Translations under genes and position numbers: made by a program
NCBI RefSeq assembly: GCF_001194135.2
Contig: NC_068982.1
Location: 48,437,686-48,501,685 of the forward strand
Length of the DNA: 64,000 nucleotides
Direction: 5' to 3'
Source: Octopus bimaculoides
Taxonomy: Eukaryota
The notes under the pieces: generated by a model
What the model was told of the DNA's origin: nothing
Seen by the model: the letters and a program-made list of their open reading frames with translations, nothing else
The model's database searches: none
Shown here: positions 9,903-20,789 of the stretch, piece by piece
Layout of the letters: every line of letters begins with the position of its first letter
Position numbering within the stretch: position 1 is the first letter of the stretch

Positions 9903-10228
9903 GGAGGTGATACCACAAATTTCCCAGACTAGTTATGTTTAAAAAAAAATAACTTATTTACCTAAATTTTAGCATCATCTCCTTTGAAATAGTCACCTTG
10001 CACAGCAATATACTAGTCCTGGTGTTCCTGCCAGAGTGAGTCACAGAAAGTCTTCAACTCACTTACGGAAAACAACACCTGGACCGGATTCCAAAAGTGG
10101 TAGGAACACTGGGACTGGCATATTGCTGCACAAGGTGACTATTTCAAAGGAAATGATGTTAAGACACTGGTAAAGGAATTATTTTTTATCAAAAATAACT
10201 AGTCTAGGAACCTATTGATACCACTTCG
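9903..10228. mobile_element. Tc1/mariner-type MITE
   Basis: TA-flanked, with imperfect long TIRs (ggaggtgatacc..cccagactagttat / ataactagtctagg..gataccacttcg). A further inner inverted repeat spans 9980-10029 and 10102-10151. Confidence 0.75.
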
Positions 10229-10419
10229 TATATCTGTATGTATATGTATGTAAAAACTTACTTTCTAATTACATGGTGCCTAGTTTAGTCTCACTGCATG
10301 GCAGCTTGGCCAAGTGCCTTCTACTATGGTCCCAAGTTGATCAAGCCTTGTGAGTGGATTTAGTAAATGGTAATTGAAAGAAGCTTATTGTGCATATGTA
10401 TATTTATATTTTACATATA

Positions 10420-10593
10420 AGTGCAGGAGTGGCTGTGTGGTAAGCAGCTTGCTTCTCAATCACATGGTTCTGGATTCAGTCCTACTGTGTGGCATCTTGG
10501 GCAAATGTCTTCTTTTATAGCCTCGGGCTGACCCAAAACCTTGTGAGTGGATTTGGTAGATTTAAACTGAAAGAAGCTCACTGTATATATATA

Positions 10594-10650
<57 letters not shown>

Positions 10651-10855
10651 ATGTGTGCATGTGTGTGTTTGTCCCCCACCACTGCTTAACAACCAGTGTT
10701 GGTGCTTTTATGTTCCTGTAAAATAAACTAATAGAATAAGTGTTAGACTTTGAAATTAAGTAAGGACAGGAGTCAATTTGCTCAACTAAAATTCTTCAAG
10801 GCAGTGTCCCAGCATGGTGACAGTCTAATAACTGAAACAAGTAAAAGATAAAAGA
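10420..10855 (+). mobile_element. Class A SINE with internal (GT)n
   Basis: Near full-length match to the other class A copies. Confidence 0.85.
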
Positions 10856-10974
10856 TATTTATACTAGGTGCCAATTTTATCTCCTCTTTCCAAAATTCAC
10901 ATAAAGCACTTGCATCTCATTCTCTCGTTACTGTATCTCATCTTTCATGTGCTACACTAAATATTTTAATAATA

Positions 10975-11228
10975 AATAAATGCACCCTTTTAAAGCCTAG
11001 CCTACCTCATGGGCCCAGTTTCCCAGTTTCAATGGCGTATTTGTTCCCCAGCTGGACGGAACGCCAGTCCATCGCAGCGTTACTCATTTTTGCCAGCTGA
11101 GTGGACTGGAGCAACGTAAAATGAAGTGTTTTGCTCAAGAACACAATGCATCACCCGGTCCAGGAATCGAAACCACAATCTTACGATCATGATGCTGACA
11201 CCCTAACCACTAAGCCACGCACCTCCAC
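10975..11228 (-). mobile_element. Class B SINE, well preserved
   Basis: The reverse complement gives gtggaggtgcgtggcttagtggttagggtg...ggtttcgattcctggacc, the central domain and a (TAA)n-like tail. Confidence 0.85.
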
Positions 11229-11299
11229 AATAAATATTTTACCAAAACCTTATTCTTCAGAACAGTATTTCTTTTCAATTATCTATCACAACTCCCTAC

Positions 11300-11690
11300 A
11301 TCAATCCCAGTGTTCAACTGGTACTTTTTTTATTGCCCCTCCCCCCACAAGGACGAAAGGTGAAGTTGACCTCAGCGGAATTTGAACTCAATGTAAAGAC
11401 AAACGAAATACCATTAAGCCTTTTGCCCATCATGTTAACAATTCTGCCAGCTCACCACTATTACCCTAGAGCTAATATTGGTTTCAAATGTTGGCACAAG
11501 GCCAGCAAGTTTCGTGGAGTAGCAAATTAATTACATTAACCCAGTGCTCAGCTGGTACTTTTTTTTATCCACCCTGAAAGAAATAAAGGTAAAGTTGACC
11601 TCACCGGAATTTGAACTCAGAATGTAAAGACAAACGAAATGCCTCTAAGCATTTTGCCCATCATGCTAATGATTCTGCCAGCTCACCACC
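11300..11690 (-). mobile_element. Two tandem class C SINEs; the second is flanked by a 21-bp direct repeat
   Basis: ATTACCCTAGAGCTAATATTG occurs at 11460-11480 and 11691-11711. Confidence 0.8.
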
Positions 11691-12194
11691 ATTACCCTAG
11701 AGCTAATATTGACTGGTATTTTTATATCAATGAAGTATGATGCAGTCTCTGGGCCTTTATGGATGTTAAATGATGATGATGATGAGGAGGAGGAGGAGGA
11801 TGATGATGATAACGATGAGAAGAATGAAAGGCAAACTTGAACTTGGCTGGATATGAACTCAGAACATAAAATTTGCAACTAAATACTACAAAACATTTTG
11901 TCTGACATTCTAATGATACTGTCATTAATAAACTAGATAAGAGTGAGTAAAGCAATCAAGGATATGAACATAAAGAAAATTGTAGCTTTCTCTGAAGTAG
12001 TTGATAAAATGATTATAAAAAACAAAAGCAAAAAGCAGAATAGGTTAATTTTCCACTTAACTTAGTTAAGTTGTGCAACAAAGTGTTATCCTCAAATTAC
12101 TAGCAACATTGTTAAACGTAAAAGAGATACTCTAAAGAAAGGAAATTACTGGAGCATTAAGTAAATAGATCAATAGATCAAGCCATCACCATAA

Positions 12195-12261
<67 letters not shown>
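12195..12261. repeat. (AGT)n microsatellite
   Basis: About 22 units. Confidence 0.95.
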
Positions 12262-12262
<1 letters not shown>

Positions 12263-12514
12263 AAACAGATACTAAACATATTTGGTGCAGTGAGTCAAAA
12301 ATTGCTAATTAAAATTACACCCATATGGATGAGAAAAAAAAATCACAACTCTGAAATAACCATTAATTGAATATAGAATTCAATATAGAATAGGCCTGAC
12401 CTTTGGCAATAGAGTGACATCTCGGAACAAAGAAATAGATTACAAAAGATGCAGACTGTATTTGAATTAAGGCATTGGAGATGTGGTAGTATATATTTTT
12501 TAATAACATTATTT

Positions 12515-13520
12515 GGTGCAGGCATGGCTGTATGATAAGAAGCTCGCTTCCTAACCACATGGTACTGGGTTCAGTCCCACTGTGTGGTACCTTTGGCAAG
12601 TGTCTTCTACTATAGCCTCAGGCCAACCAAAGCTTTGTAAGTGGATTTGGTAGATGGAAACTGAAAGAAGCCTGTGGAAAGAATTTGTGAAAGCGATAGA
12701 CCCCAAAAGACATGGGATGAAGTGTTGAGAAAGGATATTCAGATGCTGGGCCTTACTGAGATGACAAGGGACCAGTGGTTTACTGTACTTGAAAAAATAC
12801 AACAAACTAAGTAAAATCACTATCTTCCACACATACAGGTTTGTCCTTTATTGGTACTGGTGCCACATAAAATGCACTCATGTTGGTGCTGCATAAATAC
12901 ACCCATGCCAGTGGCACATAAAAAGTACCCAGCACACCCTGCAAAGTGGTTGGCATTAGGAAGGGCAACCTGTTGTAGAAACCACGCCACAACAGACAAT
13001 TGGAATCTGGCCAGCTCCTGTCAAATCATCCAATTCATGCCAGCATGAAAAATGAACATTAAATGATGATGTTATCTATGTGTGAGTGTGTATTTGTGTC
13101 TGTGTTTGTTTCCAACCACAGCTTGACAGCTGGTGCTGGTGTGTTTATGTCCCCATAACTTACCAACTTCACAAAATAAGCCCTGGCATCAATTTGTTTC
13201 ACTAAAACACTTCAAGGTGGTGTCCCAGCATGGCCTCAGTCAAATGACTGCAGCAAATAAAAGATAAAAGATTATTATTCTGTTTTGGAACAGTGAATCT
13301 CAAAGCACACTGTGCTATAAGAAATAGCAGGCAGTCTTTCACTTTTTCTATGCAGAAGGTTTTGCTACCCAATATTTATGTCTTTATTTATAGCTTTATG
13401 CGAAGGCTTTTCTTGGCCTGTGGCTATAGCTGAATACACTTGCCCAAGGAGCCACACAGTGGTGTTGAACCCAGAATTATGTGATAGGGAAGCAAGCTTC
13501 TTACCATACAGCCACGCCTG
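12515..13520. mobile_element. SINE cluster: class A head (+, 12515-12680), RTE-tail SINE (+, 12830-13075), class A tail (+, 13080-13270), class A head (-, 13370-13520)
   Basis: Each block matches other copies in the window. Confidence 0.7.
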
Positions 13521-13544
13521 CACATAGTATATGATTTCTTTTCT

Positions 13545-13635
13545 CTGACCAATCCTGACATGAATGTTTTACCTCTCATTAAGGCTTTCCTATGTTCAAC
13601 AATTTTGACTTTCAGGGGCCTTTCCATACTGGGAT
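13545..13635 (-). mobile_element. Penelope-like GIY-YIG endonuclease scrap
   Basis: ERPLKVKIVEHRKALMRGKTFMSGLV resembles the R-x-L-x-x-R-x-x-EH-x-x-A...SGLAEH segment of PLE GIY-YIG domains. Confidence 0.45.
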
Positions 13636-13669
13636 AGTTTTAATGAATGAATAGTGGCTAAAATATAAA

Positions 13670-13900
13670 TGCATGGAAAGAACTTCAGAGAAATGTTATT
13701 TCAGCTAGCAACAAAGAATTTCCTTTTCTGCATGCAAAGCAGAATATATGAGGCATGTAGACAAGTGTTATATCTTATAGCAATGAAACATGGATATGAG
13801 GTATCAGATGTAGCAGAAGATGAATGAGTTGGGCATAGTCTGTTAGATGTACAACATGAATTTACAAGAAATACTGATAGAAAATCTCAACACAAGTGCA
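13670..13900 (+). mobile_element. Old RTE-type LINE remnant
   Basis: AWKELQR...SYSNETW is collinear with AWAKFRELL...LHGSE(TW) of the young RTE. Confidence 0.55.
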
Positions 13901-14629
13901 TTGAAACATTGAAAAAGCATTTGTGACTTGGAATTAATGGCCAATGTAACTTAAAAAGAGAACTGCATTATCTTAAACTTGTAATGCAAATGATGTTACC
14001 TAATGCATGAAAAACAACAGTAAGTTAGTAATACAATATCATGTTTCAATAAACCAAGAAGATTTAAGTAGTGATTGCTTGGACAGATTTATAAATGTTG
14101 AGAAAATATCAGGGAGATAAGATAATATAGAAACAAAACATTTTATTTTTGGGTGCGTAGTTTTAGTAATTAATCCACAGTGAATGAGCAGTGTCCTGGC
14201 ACTCCCAGATTAGTAATAACCAAGAATTTAATAACAATTTATTGACCATTTAAATTTTAAACAAATTTGTCTTCCTCTATGAAACAACAGCTTAATTTTG
14301 TTGATATTTGAATAAATTTCACAAAAAAGCTGTGCTCCTTCGAGTGTTAAGCATATTTTTGCACTTGAAGCTTGTTGTTGCCATTAGTTGTACACTTCCA
14401 ATTCACAAAGCAGTGATTTTCAAATCATAATTGAAAGTTCTGCAAATCACAAAGGGAACTAAAAACTATTATCTAGTCATAAAGTAGTTAAAGCAGTTTT
14501 ATATATAGTGTTGTAAATGGGGTTTTTTGTACTTCAAGAAAATAAGTACATGTTATTCAAAATATGAAAAGGAATATATTTTACAAAAGAAAAACAAAGC
14601 AAAAAAAGGAGAAAGAAAAAAACATCAAT

Positions 14630-15075
14630 GCAGCATGAAGTGCTTTAATTGGTCACACACCTCAACGTTCAACATGTTTGTGGCATTACCATGAGTGATG
14701 GCAAGGCTAAGGCATTGGAAAAGCTAAGCACTCACAGGCATCACCTGACACCTTATTAAGGCGAGCTGCCAATGATGACAAGAACTTTGCCATTAGTGGC
14801 TCAGCACCTCCAAATGTTTCAAACATCACAGGTGGGAAGAGATAGTTCACTGCCAGGTCCTGATACTTCAGGGTTTTGCTCCATTTTGTTACAGAAAAAG
14901 TGACCCTCCAATTTTTTGCAGTATCTAGGATGTGGGAGCGAGCAAAAGAGTCACAGACTGTGGAGTCCCAGATACGGCACCTACTGCTCATTCAGAGACA
15001 GAGAGTAAGACCATTTGGTCTCTTTCCATCACTTATGGGTAATCCTGCCAGCTCCAGAATTGGGGGGATATTAAT
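14630..15075 (-). mobile_element. CRE-clade non-LTR retrotransposon 3' fragment (restriction-like PD-(D/E)xK endonuclease)
   Basis: PILELAGLPISDGKRPNGLTLCL*MSSRCRIWDSTVCDSFA...FPPVMFETFG... then, after a frameshift, FQCLSLAITHGNA. These match the DGKRPDG/WD/FET-G/FQR-S-AI-RGNA motifs of CRE-like elements. Confidence 0.75.
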
Positions 15076-15539
15076 CTGAGTTAGAGCCTGTTTAAATGAT
15101 AGATGAAATGTGTTGTAAATGACAGATGAATGTTTCACAACTTTTACTAAACAACCTACACCGAAGGGTTATTTATAGTGTTTATGTTGTACATTAGCTC
15201 TCTCCCTCCATCAGATCGACATTGCTTCCCAACCACATGGTTCCAGGTTCAGTCCCACAACATGGCACCTTGCGCAAGTGTCTTCTGCTATACCACCAAG
15301 CCAACCAAAGCCCAGTGAATCATAGTGGGCTTGCAAGACTCAGTTGTTGTCACTTACAGTATTCTTTAAGTATTCATATGCACAACCACAGGTCAATCAA
15401 TATGAGTACATGTAAGCAAACATATATTTTTATATATACATTACACACACACACACACACACACACGCACGCACGCACACACATACCCCCTTACACATAC
15501 ATACTTGCATATATATATATTATAAAGGCTAAACAAGCC

Positions 15540-15860
15540 CTTCAGTTATGAATGATCATGGGATTTGCACCTAGAAAGTTCCCCTCTGAGGCAACAGTCT
15601 GGCCAAATTTGTGAATGGAAGACCAGCAGTCAGCCATGCATATCAGCCTCCCCTTTCCATGCCACCAATGTTATCCAAGGGAAAGGCAAAATTTGATACA
15701 ACTTGGCAATAGTGACATCTCAACTCATTTCTACAGCTGAGTGAACTGGAGCAACGTGAAATAAAGTGTCTTGCTCAAGAATACAACAAACAGCCCAGTC
15801 TGGGAATTGATCTCATTACCTCATGATTGTGAGCCTGACTCTCTATCCACAGAGCCATGC
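15540..15860 (-). mobile_element. Class B SINE with tail type ii
   Basis: Central domain plus a ...gcacctagaaagttcccc... tail shared with 16050-16170 and 38505-38835. Confidence 0.75.
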
Positions 15861-15878
15861 ACCTTTACAAACACACGT

Positions 15879-15920
<42 letters not shown>

Positions 15921-16049
15921 NNNNNNNNNNNNNNNNNNNNNNNNNNNNNNNNNNNNNNNNNNNNNNNNNNNNNNNNNNNNNNNNNNNNNNNNNNNNNNNN
16001 NNNNNNNNNNNNNNNNNNNNNNNNNNNNNNNNNNNNATATATATATATA

Positions 16050-16445
16050 TAAAGGTAAAAACCCCCTTTGGTCATGACTGAACAAAGGGTTGCACCTGGA
16101 AAGTTCCCCTCCAAGGCACAAAAGTCTGGGCAAGGTTGTTTATTGAAGACCAGCAGTCACCTCTAGCAATTTTCATACCAATGTGGAAGACAGTGTCCTC
16201 CACTTGTGGAGGTGCATATCTTAGTGACTAGGGTATTGGACTCATGATTTTAAGATTGTGGTTTCAATACCTTAACTGGGTGATGCATTGTGTTCTTGGA
16301 CAAAACATTTCATTTCACATTGCTCCAGTACACCCAACTGGCACAAATGAATAATCCTGCAACAGACTGGCATCCCATCCAGTGAGGAATATATATGCCA
16401 TGAAACCAGGAATTCAGTCCTTATGAGTCAGCATGACTTGAGAAG
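16050..16445. mobile_element. Class B tail-ii fragment (-) and class B SINE (+, 16210-16445)
   Basis: Matches other class B copies. Confidence 0.7.
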
Positions 16446-17405
16446 TGAAGTTTACCTATACTCCACTAATTTCTGTATACAGTCCTGAACCGTAAAGTAC
16501 CTAAACATTTCTCACCTGGAATATTTGTCCTTAAAGAATAAATATTTCAGAAGCACCATCGATTGAAAACTCCATGAAAAAGTCCTATCATATATGAGCA
16601 ACTAAAATAACACTTCTGGAAAAATGGTACCACCATGCTGTCTTTTCTCTTCTTATGAACAATATACAGTGATGAGCATCATTCTTCTCACTAATCTTAG
16701 ACCCTACAATAAATTTAACATTGCCTTTCAATATCCTCCATGAAACGGAAATAATAGGTTCTAGACAGGGTACTGAAGTTGATATAATCATCTAAACCAC
16801 TTAAAGGCAGTGCTCCAGCACGGCCATTGCAGCCAATTGAATTTAGCCAGTAGAAAAACAAAGAATAATAGAATATTTAAGTTGGTTCTCTTCATCACTA
16901 CTACAGAATAAATTGCTGTTCTATTCATTTTCATTTTCAACTGTTTTGAGAAATATTTTCTTCACTGAGGAGTATTACTCTGGGGATGATAACATTTTGA
17001 AACAATAACAATTATTTAAATTTAAAATAACTCAATTTTTCTATAGTTTTGTGCTGTTTCTTGTCAATAACATCTATAAAGCTGTCAAGATGTCACTTAG
17101 GACTTATTTGCAAGTTACAATGTATTTCATTTTGCTTTGTTAAGTTTGTCTTTTTTCTTCAATAAAATATGTGGTATTATTTATTCTTTTTTTTAAATTA
17201 TCCATCTCATAAAAATTAACCAGTAGAGGAATTCAATTTTAAACCAACATCTAAATATTACAAAAAAGACTTAACAAAAAAAGAAAAAGAATATAAAGAA
17301 TAATATTAAACCAATAAAAAATATTAAAAAATGAAATTAATTTCTACTCCAGTATTTGAATTTTTAGTTTGAAATTACGTTTGTAATATTTATTATATTA
17401 CTCAG

Positions 17406-17486
17406 AATAATACTGTTTTGTTGCACCATAATTCTAACTTTGAAGCAAATATAGTCTTCATTTACCTTTGGAGATCTTCAAAATTG
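17406..17486 (+). CDS. Candidate internal exon (NNTVLLHHNSNFEANIVFIYLWRSSKL), protein unknown
   Basis: ctcAG / GTAAGG boundaries, 81 nt, phase 0-0, open frame. No homology recognised. Confidence 0.2.
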
Positions 17487-17514
17487 GTAAGGAGGAAGAA
17501 AGATTAAAGATTTT

Positions 17515-17770
17515 TGCCAGCATAACATGGCAGTCCTGATTTAGGACGAATATTGCTGTGATTTATCCCCTGGAGACATCGTCTCCAGCTGGCTATGCGA
17601 CATGATCGGGGTCCTTATATTTTTGAACAAGGGAATCTAGCACCCCCACTCAGCTCAAAACAGTATCTGTGTATCGCGATTTCCATGTTATTTCCCTTCA
17701 TCAGCACAGAATAAATAATTGTTCGGCTAGAGGTGGCATTGCCAAATTCCCATTCGAAATATATAGTTTT
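17515..17770 (-). mobile_element. GC-richer structured repeat carrying a hammerhead-like motif
   Basis: Hairpins gtcct-gattt-aggac (17533-17547) and ctggagac-atc-gtctccag (17570-17588), CpG-rich, and the hammerhead-like motif at 17667-17709. Confidence 0.5.
17667..17709 (-). ncRNA. Minimal type-I hammerhead-ribozyme-like motif (canonical core)
   Basis: CTGTG-CTGATGA-AGGGAAATAACATG-GAAA-TCGCGA-T-A-CACAG. Stem I is a perfect 5 bp, stem III ATCGCGAT is a perfect palindrome, the triplet is AUA, and stem II is decayed. Confidence 0.55.
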
Positions 17771-17794
17771 CGATGTTGTTGTTGTTATTATTAT

Positions 17795-17878
17795 TATTCA
17801 GGTCACTGCCTGGAATCAAACTCGGAATCTTAGGGTTAGTAGCCTGTGCTCTTAACCACTATGCCATATGCCCATGGG
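17795..17878 (-). mobile_element. Short tRNA-head-only SINE with (AAT)n(AAC)n tail
   Basis: ggcatagtggttaagag...ccgagtttgattccaggc carries A and B boxes and is followed directly by a simple tail. Confidence 0.65.
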
Positions 17879-18005
17879 TCTTCTCAAGTACAGTAAATCG
17901 TCACATCTCTCAGTCCCTTATCATTTTCTCAGTGAGGTCCAGCACATGAAGATCCTTTCTCACCACCTTGTCCCATGTCCTCCTGGGTCTACCCCTTCCA
18001 CTGGT
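17878..18005 (-). mobile_element. RTE LINE ORF 3' end remnant
   Basis: GRGRPRRTWDKVVRKDLHVLDLTEKMIRD*...VLEKT. Confidence 0.75.
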
Positions 18006-18826
18006 ACTCGCCATAAGTAGAGCTCAGCACTTCTTTACACAGCTGTACAAAAAACTCTTGTGCAACCTAGTTTTGATCCCCAGTTTTACAACTAGTTCAC
18101 TTTATTTCTGTAATGTCTTTGAGAAAGGTATAAATGGCAAAAATGTTATTATGCTGAATAGTCAATTTAAATGCTTTTTATTATTTCCACATGTTACTTT
18201 CTGTATAGTCATGAACTGAGCAAATTGAAAAAAATATTTGGAAATCATTTTAGTGCTTCAATTTTATGCTTTAAAATATGATTGCTCTTCAATATTGCTG
18301 TTACTGCGAATGTTATTCATGTAATGTTGTTGCTTGTTTTATAAAATAAGAAAGAACTTTTCATGTACTAGTGCATTTTTAATTGCATGTATTCGTTTAT
18401 AGGAAAAAATATTATCAACTTTTTTTTATTGGTTTAGAAACTAAAAATACTTCATTTTTTCCCCTTCTTTCACTTTCTTAACATTTCTTTAGCATTATAT
18501 CTTGCATAGGATATGCTGAACTTTGATACCAGCCATTATTAGAAAACTCATTAAAAAAATAATTTTGTGAAAGAAAGCCAATTAGAAAATAAAATACTTT
18601 TTAATATAAAAGGATGTTGTGTATCTGAGCCATTACAAGTGACAGTTTTACAATTACTGGATGTCCAATTCTTTCAGTGCTTCTTAGAGAAAGAACAGGA
18701 TGGGGATTGGCAGAATCATTGAAGTGTTGGATAAAATAAAATGCCTTGCAGTAATTGCTTCAGCTTTTTATATTCTGAGTTCAAAACCTGCTATGGTTAA
18801 CTTTGCTTTTCATTCCTCAGGATCAT

Positions 18827-18859
<33 letters not shown>

Positions 18860-18866
<7 letters not shown>

Positions 18867-19365
18867 ATAATTTAATGATCATTGTCTATGCTGGCATGGG
18901 TTGGATGGCTTGATCAGAACTGGCAAACTGGGGAACTGCCCCAGACTTCAGTCTGATTTGGCATGGTTTCTATGGCTGGTTGCCTTTCCTAATGCCAACC
19001 ACTTTAAAGAGTGTGTTGGAGGCTTTTATGTAGCACTGCATGGGTGCTTTTACAGTGTTGCATGGACTCTTTTATGTGGCATCAAACAGGTGCTTTTATG
19101 TGGCACCACATGGGTGCTTTTACATGATACTGCATGAGCACTTTTACATGACTCTGCATGGGCGTCTTTACATGGCACCACACAGGCAATTTTTTATGTG
19201 CTACTGCACAGGCACTTTTGCATGACACTGCATGGGTGCTTTACATGGCACTGTACTGGAGCTTTACATGGCACCATACTGGTGTTTACATGACACCACA
19301 TTGGGTGCTTTTATGTAGCACTGTAAAGGCACTTTATGTGACACTTTCATGGGTGCTTTTCACTA
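18860..19365 (-). mobile_element. RTE-tail SINE with an expanded ~23-bp minisatellite (about 15 units, 19013-19360)
   Basis: Repeated gggtgcttttacatggcactgcat-like units lie next to the RTE-type tail. Confidence 0.8.
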
Positions 19366-19683
19366 CCAGAGGGGCTGGTCTTAACATTTCTGTTACAGAA
19401 TACAGGTCTTCTTGAGTACAGCAAGATCAATAAAATAAAATACCAGTCAAATATTGAAAATAATGGTGTAGTCTAGCAGTTTGATAAAGGAGACTGATAG
19501 AATAAGTACCAGGCCTAAAAAAAAGTACTGGGGTTGATTAATTTGACTAAAATTCTTCATAGTGGTGCCGCAGCATGGCCAGGGTCTAACGATTGAAACA
19601 AGTAAAAGGTAAAAGAAAGATTTCTAAATCCTTTATCAACCTTTTAAAAATATATTTTTTAACAAGTTTTAGTTTAATATTTA

Positions 19684-20035
19684 AGTGGCTGTGTGGTAAG
19701 TAGCTTGCTTTCCAACCACATGGTTCTAGGTTTATTCCAACTGCATGGCACTTTGGGCAAGTGTCCTCTACTATAGCCTTCGGCCGACTGAAGCCTTGTA
19801 CGTGGATTTGGTAGATGGAAACTGAAAGAAGCCCGTTGTATGTATATATGCTTGTGTGTGTGTGTTTGCCCCCCTCCATCACTTGACAACCGTAACTTAG
19901 CAGTTCAGCAAAAGACACCGATAGAATAAGTACTAGGCTTACAAAGAATAAGTCTTGGGGTCAATTTGTTCAACTAAAGGCGGTACTCCAGCATGGCCAC
20001 AGTCAAATGACTGAAACAAGTAAAAGAATGAAAGA
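19684..20035 (+). mobile_element. Class A SINE, well preserved
   Basis: Complete head/core, short microsatellite and tail, with retained CpGs. Confidence 0.9.
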
Positions 20036-20039
20036 ATTA

Positions 20040-20461
20040 CTAGCTAGCCCCGTGCTGTCAAAAACGATGGTCAATTGTGGTATTTTATATATATGAATGA
20101 GGTACAAAATAAGGTACATAATAATTACTTACACAAACATTCTCATACTTCTCTTCTACACACACACACACATATATTCACATAGAGTTGAAACGCTGTT
20201 TGATTTTTCTTTTCAGCAATGAATGTTCACCATCCCACTTCCATAACACATACACACACATTCACATACCTTCCCTTTACATACACACACACACATATAC
20301 TCACACAGTTGAAATGCTGTTTGATTTTTTTTCAATGTACTATTTCCATCATCCCACTACCATTTTGCTATCACCTCTTCCTTCCTTAGTCATCTATCGC
20401 CCCTTCCTTTCTCATTCATATGTTGTGATGGAGAAAGACACAAGAGCATTATTATAATAGA
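20040..20461 (-). mobile_element. Non-autonomous Helitron-like element
   Basis: On the minus strand it reads A|TCTATTATAAT...CTAG|T, with an imperfect GC hairpin (ccatcgt..acgggg) just before CTAG. A ~33-bp internal segment is duplicated (20182, 20301). Confidence 0.55.
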
Positions 20462-20789
20462 TGCTACAGACTCCCAGGTTGATGAGGCAAAAGAAATAAG
20501 AAGACTAAAGAAATATTCTTGCAGTTATTTTTTTAAGAAACCAGTCATTAGTGAAGTCAAATTGTTTTAGCTGGGAATAAAAATATCAGAACATGAATTT
20601 ATTTCACCAGAGGTTTTCTTTTGTGTTTTTTACACAAGTTTTAGTCACTGGGCTGTTGACATGCGGGCGTACCACCTTTGAGTGCTCAGTCAATTACATC
20701 AGTGGCCATTACTATTTTATCAACTGGTACTCATTTTATTTACACCAGAAAGATGAAGAGCGAAATAGACCAGGACAAGATTTGAACTC

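Noticed and set aside
19013-19360. Regularly spaced short repeats reminiscent of a CRISPR array (also 20790-21092, 34684-34863)
   Set aside because: Degenerate tandem units without unique spacers, inside eukaryotic retroelements, with no cas genes.
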